Part shown: one piece after another, positions 58,457 through 64,000 of the stretch
Layout: every line of letters begins with the position of its first letter
How positions within the stretch are numbered: the stretch's first letter is position 1
DNA from: an uncultured beta proteobacterium
GTDB lineage: Bacteria > Pseudomonadota > Gammaproteobacteria > Burkholderiales > SG8-39
Direction: 5' to 3'
Length of the DNA stretch: 64,000 bases
Assembly: GCA_903899705.1 (NCBI GenBank)
Contig: CAIUKQ010000309.1
Span: forward strand, 6,484-70,483
The notes under the pieces: model-generated
Database searches by the model: none
Told to the model about the DNA's origin: nothing
Seen by the model: the letters and a program-made list of their open reading frames with translations, nothing else
Program-made: the position numbers and the translations under genes

Positions 58457-59611
58457 ATGAATCGCACCCTCCTGCTGCTCTCGGTGACCGGCGCTGCAAC
58501 CGGCATGGCGACTCGCGCGGTCGAGCCCATGCTGCCTATGCTCGCAGGGGAGTTCGCGGTAACCGTGCCGGTGATGGCCCATGTCATCACCGTGTTTGCG
58601 CTTTCGTACGGGGTGGGTCAGTTCATCTGCGGGCCTTTGGGTGACCGCTACGGCAAACTGCTGGTCACCACCATCACCCTTGCGCTCTCGTCGCTGATGC
58701 TGCTCGGCTGCGCCACCGCCAGTGATCTCATCCCGCTTGGAGTATGGCGCGCGGCCGCGGGCCTTGCGACCTCCGCCTCGTTTGTGCTGGGCATGGCCTA
58801 CATCGGCGACACCGTTACGGTTGAGCGGAGGCAGACCGTCATTGCGCAGTACGTGATCGGCAATGTGCTGGGCCACGCATTCGGCCCGATGGTTGCGGGC
58901 CTGGTGGCCGACGCCTGGGGTTGGCGTGCAACCTTTGTGTTTCACGGCATCTCCTATGGCCTGATTGCCTGCGCGTTTTTCGCCATCACGCGAACAGAAT
59001 GGCGCGGCGAACGCCGTTCGAAGGGCAGCATCAATCCGATCTCGCGATATGCCGAAGTGTGGAAAATTTCGGCGGCCAGGCATGTCTCGATGGCGGCGAT
59101 GGTGGAGGCGTTTTTCTTTTTCGGCTGCTTCGCATTTGTCGGGCCGATGCTGAAGGACCGGTTCGATCTGCCCCTGACCTTGATCGGCGTGGCGCTGGCC
59201 GGATTCGGTCTGGGCGGGCTCATTTTCAACATGTCCATACGATGGTTTGTGCGCTGGAACAATCCGGCCCTGCAGGCATTGCTCGGGGGATTGCTGTGCG
59301 GATCGATGTACGTGGTGGTGGCGTTGTCGACCGTGTGGCAGTTGTCGGCGCTTTGCATGCTGGGTGTGGGATTCGGCTTCTACATGATGCACAACATCCT
59401 GCAGTTGCGCGGCACCGAGGCCGCACCGCAGTCGCGCGGTGTCGGACTGGCGCTGTTTGGCATCACGTGGACGAGCGGGCAGGGCCTTGGCGTGTTTGCC
59501 ATGGGGGCGGGGATCACGGCGTTCGGATTCACGCCGATGATCGCGGCCTTCGGTGTGTGCTTCGCACTGCTGGGCATCTGGATGCGGGCGAACTATCATC
59601 GCCTGTTGTGA
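58457..59611 (+). CDS. MFS transporter
   Basis: About 12 TM segments, GPLGDRYGK motif A, GWRATF. Confidence 0.88.
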   Translation: MNRTLLLLSVTGAATGMATRAVEPMLPMLAGEFAVTVPVMAHVITVFALSYGVGQFICGPLGDRYGKLLVTTITLALSSLMLLGCATASDLIPLGVWRAAAGLATSASFVLGMAYIGDTVTVERRQTVIAQYVIGNVLGHAFGPMVAGLVADAWGWRATFVFHGISYGLIACAFFAITRTEWRGERRSKGSINPISRYAEVWKISAARHVSMAAMVEAFFFFGCFAFVGPMLKDRFDLPLTLIGVALAGFGLGGLIFNMSIRWFVRWNNPALQALLGGLLCGSMYVVVALSTVWQLSALCMLGVGFGFYMMHNILQLRGTEAAPQSRGVGLALFGITWTSGQGLGVFAMGAGITAFGFTPMIAAFGVCFALLGIWMRANYHRLL

Positions 59612-59701
59612 ATTGTCAGGCGGTGAACGCCTGTTCTGGCAGGGGAGTGAATGATGGGAACCAGGAAAGTTGTTGTACGGAATCGTATCCGGCCGGCCGG
59701 A

Positions 59702-61519
59702 ATGAAAAAGCGCGCGAAAAGCAAAATGCGAACCGGTTCGGCCGATGCGATTCTTACCGAGATCATCCGCAATGGCGTGATGGCGGTGACCGAGGAGATG
59801 AAAATCAACCTCACCCGAACGGCCTACAACCCCATCATCTATGAAGCCCTGGATTTCACCACGGGGCTTTTCACCGCGGAAGGCGAGACGGTATCGATAG
59901 GTCTGGGACTGCCCTCATTCATCCGTGGCATGTCCAACACCATCAAGGCATTTCGCGAGCATTTTGCAAAGCTGGGACCGGGCATCGGCATCGACCCGGA
60001 TGACATCCTGGTCACCAATGACGCCTATACGACGGGCAGCCATCTTTACCACTTCACCTTTGCCAAACCGATCTTTCACGGCGGCAAGCTGTGCGCCTTC
60101 GTGTGCTGCATGGCGCACTGGGCCGAGGTCGGTGGCGTGCTCGGTGGCGTGACCACCGACATCTATTCGGAAGGCCTGCAGATTCCGATCATGAAGTATC
60201 AGAAGCAGGGGGTTATCAACCAGGACCTGATCGCCGTCATCAAGATGAACGTGCGCATTCCCGAGAAAGCCATGGGCGATCTGCGCGCGCAAATCACCGC
60301 GGTGAAATCGGGCGAGCGTCGCTTCATGGAATTGCTGGATCGCTACGGGCGCGAACCGGTGCTCGATGCCATCCGCAACATCATGGACGGCAGCGAAGCC
60401 ATGGCTCGGGCCCGGACCCGCGCGATACCGGACGGCATCTATGAAGCGGAGTCGTACATGGACGATGACGGCGTCGAAACCGGCAAGCGCGTGCCCATCC
60501 GTGTGCGGGTCATAAAGCAGGGCGATGAAATGACCGTGGACCTTTCCCAGATCGGCCCGCAGGTGCGGGGTTTCTACAATTCGGGCCCCAGCACGGGTTA
60601 TGGCTGTGCGCAGGTGGCCTATAAATGCCTGACCTCGCCGCAGGATTATCCGGTGAATGAAGGCAGCCTCCGTCCTGTCAAGGTAATCCTCGGAAATGCC
60701 AGCGTCGTCACTGCCGTGCGTCCCGCGGCCATGCGCGTGTGGATGACCGTACCCATGACCGTGGTCGATACGATTTTCAAAGCCATGGAGAAGGCATTGC
60801 CGCGCCAGACCATTGCGGGCCATTTTGCGGATCTGGTGTCCGGACACATGAGCGGCATCCTGCCCCAAACGGGAAGGCTCTTCGTCGGTTCGCTGGGGCC
60901 GATGGGCGGCGGTTGGGGGGCCAAGTACAACGAAGACGGCATGTGCGCCACGGTTTGCCTGAACGACGGCGACACGCACAATGCGCCTTGCGAGCAGTCT
61001 GAAAACAAGTACCCGATCCTCATCGAGCGTCATGCCTTGCGGCAGGACTCCGGCGGCCCGGGCCGGTTCAGGGGCGGCCTGGGTGCCGAGCGGTCGGTGC
61101 GGGTTCGCACGCCACTTGCACTGAACACCCAGATGGAGCGGGTGCATTGCCGTCCCTGGGGGCTCGCCGGCGGCATGGAAGGCGCGGGCAACGGGTACCG
61201 GCTGAATATTGACGGCAGGGAATTGACCGATTTCCCCAACGGGAAAATGTTTCGCCGCTTCAAAGAGGGGGATGTCTACACCCTGATGTCCGGCGGGGGC
61301 GGCGGTTTTGGTCCGCCGCAGGAGCGGGACCCGCAGCGCGTGGCCCATGACGTGCGTCAGGGTTATGTCTCGGAGAAGATGGCGCGCGAGGCTTATCTCG
61401 TCGTGCTCAATTCTGATGGCACTCTGGATCGTGATGAAACCGGGCGCCTGAGGAGTAGCACGACCGGCACGTCCGTGACGGTAGGACAGAACGACGGCCC
61501 GAAAAGGGAAACGCCATGA
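59702..61519 (+). CDS. Hydantoinase B / oxoprolinase family protein
   Basis: EEM...L.RTAY.PII.EALDF, NDAY..GSH, HW..VGG, EGLQIP, GDLRAQ, SGGPGRFRGG.G, GGGGFG.P.ERDP; start uncertain (59651/59702/59726). Confidence 0.9.
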   Translation: MKKRAKSKMRTGSADAILTEIIRNGVMAVTEEMKINLTRTAYNPIIYEALDFTTGLFTAEGETVSIGLGLPSFIRGMSNTIKAFREHFAKLGPGIGIDPDDILVTNDAYTTGSHLYHFTFAKPIFHGGKLCAFVCCMAHWAEVGGVLGGVTTDIYSEGLQIPIMKYQKQGVINQDLIAVIKMNVRIPEKAMGDLRAQITAVKSGERRFMELLDRYGREPVLDAIRNIMDGSEAMARARTRAIPDGIYEAESYMDDDGVETGKRVPIRVRVIKQGDEMTVDLSQIGPQVRGFYNSGPSTGYGCAQVAYKCLTSPQDYPVNEGSLRPVKVILGNASVVTAVRPAAMRVWMTVPMTVVDTIFKAMEKALPRQTIAGHFADLVSGHMSGILPQTGRLFVGSLGPMGGGWGAKYNEDGMCATVCLNDGDTHNAPCEQSENKYPILIERHALRQDSGGPGRFRGGLGAERSVRVRTPLALNTQMERVHCRPWGLAGGMEGAGNGYRLNIDGRELTDFPNGKMFRRFKEGDVYTLMSGGGGGFGPPQERDPQRVAHDVRQGYVSEKMAREAYLVVLNSDGTLDRDETGRLRSSTTGTSVTVGQNDGPKRETP

Positions 61520-62487
61520 ATCGCGCCCGCGACATCCGGCATTGCTTGTCGGTTTTTCTTTTGCTTGGGCCGACGCTGGCCATATCCCAAGCCTATCCCG
61601 TCAAGCCGATGCGCATGGTCATCCTCTATGCCGCCGGTGGAGCCGCCGACGCGGCAGGACGCATCATCGCCGCCAAACTGGCTGACGGACTGAAACAACC
61701 GGTCATAGTCGAAAACAGGCTGGGTGCGGGAACCACCATTGGCGCGGCTTCAGTGGCGTCCTCTCCACCGGACGGCTACAGCATGCTGATGGCGGGGCTC
61801 ACCGGCCACATTGTCTCGGGCATTCTCTACAAGAATCTGCCCTATGACGCGATCAAGAGTTTCGTGGCAACCGCGCAGATGTCGGAAGCGCCTTTCATTC
61901 TGGTGGTCGGCAGTTCCAGCAAGGTGCGTTCACCGCGGGAACTGGTCGAACTGTCGCGCGCAAATTCCAAGGGCCTGACCTATGGTTCCTCGGGAACCGG
62001 GGCGGGGCCCCATCTAGCAACTGAGATACTGATACGTGCGACCGGCGCGAACTTCATCCATGTGCCTTACAAGGGCAGTGCGCCGGCGATGCAGGCAGTG
62101 CTCGCAGGTGAGGTGGATACCGCGATTTTGGATTTATCCGCGATGAATCAGGTGCAGGCGGGAAAGCTGATCGCGCTGGCGCTGACCACGACACAGCGCT
62201 CGATGCTTGCACCCGGCATTCCGACGCTTGCCGAGACCGGGATCAGCGGGGTTGATGTCACCAGCGGGCAGGGGTTGCTGACCCCGGCAGGAACGCCCCG
62301 GGAGGTCGTTGCAAGAATCAATACCGTGGTGAATCAGGCCCTGAATACCGACGAAGTGAGGAAGGCTTTCATGGCGCGGGGCTTTACGGCTGCGCCGGCG
62401 ACACCGGAGGCGTTTGCGGCTTTTCTGGCATCCGAGATGCAGAAATACTCGGAATTGATCAAACGCCTGAATGTCACGATCGAGTGA
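61516..62487 (+). CDS. Bug/TctC-family substrate-binding protein
   Basis: YPVKPMRMV..AAGG.AD, ENRLGAG, PDGYS, SSGTG, PYKG, PTLAE.G; ATGA overlap with the hydantoinase gene. Confidence 0.92.
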   Translation: MNRARDIRHCLSVFLLLGPTLAISQAYPVKPMRMVILYAAGGAADAAGRIIAAKLADGLKQPVIVENRLGAGTTIGAASVASSPPDGYSMLMAGLTGHIVSGILYKNLPYDAIKSFVATAQMSEAPFILVVGSSSKVRSPRELVELSRANSKGLTYGSSGTGAGPHLATEILIRATGANFIHVPYKGSAPAMQAVLAGEVDTAILDLSAMNQVQAGKLIALALTTTQRSMLAPGIPTLAETGISGVDVTSGQGLLTPAGTPREVVARINTVVNQALNTDEVRKAFMARGFTAAPATPEAFAAFLASEMQKYSELIKRLNVTIE

Positions 62488-62692
62488 TCCCTTTGCCACG
62501 GGATGCCGTGTATCGGTCTGCGTCCGGGTTTCGCCGACCGGGTGGGATCATTGCCGTTCTCTGATCCGTTCCAACATCAAATAATAATCAATAACATATT
62601 GATTATTAATATAAAAAATGGCATTCCTTTTTTGTTGCGACGCAATATCATCCGGCGTATAGTGCCCTTCTTCGCCGCCCTGGACCGCAGGT

Positions 62693-64000
62693 ATGTCCCA
62701 GGTATCGCCGCCCACCAGCCCACATAGCGCCAAATCCGCCCTCTCATTGCTGACATTGTCGGCGCTGGGTGTGGTCTATGGAGACATTGGCACCAGCCCG
62801 CTGTACGCGTTCAAGGAAGCGTTTGGCCGCGCCGGAGGCCTGCCAATGAATGAGGCCAATGTTCTGGCCATTCTTTCCATGATGTTCTGGTCCATCATGG
62901 TGCTGGTCTCCGTGAAATACGTGATCGTGATGCTGCGCTTCGACAATGAGGGCGAGGGCGGCATCCTCGCCCTGCTTGCGCTGTCCACCCGGCTGACCCG
63001 TAAAAACGTTCGCCTCGCCTGGTTTGCCTCGATCTGCGGGATTTTCGGGGCTTCGCTGTTTTTCGGAGATGCCGTTATTACACCGGCGATATCGGTGCTG
63101 TCCGCCGTCGAAGGGGTGTCGGTGGCAACCCCCGCTCTGGAGCAATGGGTGATTCCGGTGACGGTGGTCGTGATCACCTGCCTCTTCTGGATTCAGAGCC
63201 GAGGAACGGGGGCCGTGGGCAAGGTGTTCGGACCGGTCATGGCGGTCTGGTTCTGCATGCTGGGGCTGCTGGGTGCCTTGTCGATTGCCAAGACTCCGGA
63301 GGTGCTGGGCGCGCTGGATCCAAGCCACGCATTTTTCTTCGTTGTCCAGTATCCCGGATTGTCGTTCGTCATTCTTGGCGCGGTCTTCCTTGCCCTGACG
63401 GGCGGTGAAGCGCTGTACGCGGACATGGGCCATTTCGGCAAACGGCCGATACGCATTGCCTGGTTCAGTCTGGTTTTTCCCGCCCTGACGCTCAATTATC
63501 TGGGGCAGGGCGCGCTGGTGCTGCGAGACCCGGAGGCCATCCGCAATCCGTTTTATCTGCTGGCGCCGGACGATCTGCTTTGGCCCATGGTGATTCTGTC
63601 GACGATGGCGACCGTGATTGCCTCGCAGGCCACCATATCAGGCGCATTCTCGGTTGCACGGCAGGCCACGCGACTGGGCTTTCTGCCGCGCCTGCCTACG
63701 CGCCATACGTCCGAGTCCGAGGAAGGGCAGATCTATATTGCGCAGCTGAACTGGGCCATGCTGATCATTGTCCTTGGCGTGGTGTTTATCTTCAGAAATT
63801 CTTCGGCCATTGCTTCGGCTTACGGCATTGCGGTTGCGGGAACCATGCTGCTCGACACCGTTCTTGTCGCCATCGTCATCTGGTCCACGAAGAGCAGCGG
63901 AAAATTGCCCTGGCTGACCGGGCTTGCGGCGCTTGGCATGCTGGAGCTCACCTTTTTCGCTGCAAACTCCACCAAGTTCATGGAGGGTGGCTGGTTTCCG
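62693..64000 (+). CDS. kup: KUP/HAK/KT potassium transporter, 3' end beyond window
   Basis: Manually translated: LGVVYGDIGTSPLYA, DNEGEGGILAL, GDAVITPAISVLSAVEG, TGGEALYADMGHFG, IASQA.ISG, EGQIY, AYGIAV, GGWFP; open to the window end. Confidence 0.96.
   Translation, partial: MSQVSPPTSPHSAKSALSLLTLSALGVVYGDIGTSPLYAFKEAFGRAGGLPMNEANVLAILSMMFWSIMVLVSVKYVIVMLRFDNEGEGGILALLALSTRLTRKNVRLAWFASICGIFGASLFFGDAVITPAISVLSAVEGVSVATPALEQWVIPVTVVVITCLFWIQSRGTGAVGKVFGPVMAVWFCMLGLLGALSIAKTPEVLGALDPSHAFFFVVQYPGLSFVILGAVFLALTGGEALYADMGHFGKRPIRIAWFSLVFPALTLNYLGQGALVLRDPEAIRNPFYLLAPDDLLWPMVILSTMATVIASQATISGAFSVARQATRLGFLPRLPTRHTSESEEGQIYIAQLNWAMLIIVLGVVFIFRNSSAIASAYGIAVAGTMLLDTVLVAIVIWSTKSSGKLPWLTGLAALGMLELTFFAANSTKFMEGGWFP

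Noticed and set aside
1..64000. CRISPR array, IS element, toxin-antitoxin or defence locus
   Set aside because: No regularly spaced repeats and no transposase, cas or defence-type ORFs found by eye

Overview
GC-rich betaproteobacterial chromosomal window, judged from the gene set and order (two orphan Bug/TctC receptors, lplT-alr-radA, tRNA-Leu-tig-clpP-clpX-lon-hupB-tRNA-Val-tRNA-Asp-ppiD, fabI next to a peptide ABC transporter). It is mostly housekeeping: suhB, trmJ-cysE-iscRSUA-hscBA-fdx-iscX, mfd/ispDF, tsaB-rimI-udg, lemA-TPM-TPM, the clp/lon cluster, gltX, mnmC and kup. Small accessory catabolic genes are interspersed (Rieske oxygenase, TauE, tartrate/D-malate dehydrogenase, NtaA/DszA-type monooxygenase, M20 peptidase, FAH-family enzyme, hydantoinase B). 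I found no mobile element, prophage or CRISPR array. Two genes are cut by the window edges and are missing from the ORF track: a TPR/SPINDLY-like glycosyltransferase on the left and kup on the right. The best candidate for an uncharacterised system is an OmpR/EnvZ-type two-component pair transcribed divergently from a three-gene exported-protein operon (small CpxP/Spy-like protein, DUF1800, Tat-exported DUF1501), with OmpR-like boxes between them. Other points of note are a degenerate orphan HpnD paralog (possible pseudoenzyme), a probable ATA-initiated thpR, an IscR-like site on the cysE promoter, a symmetric bidirectional -10 element between mfd and ispD, and three perfect IHF-consensus sites at accessory-gene junctions. 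All family calls rest on motif recognition by eye; no database searches were run.
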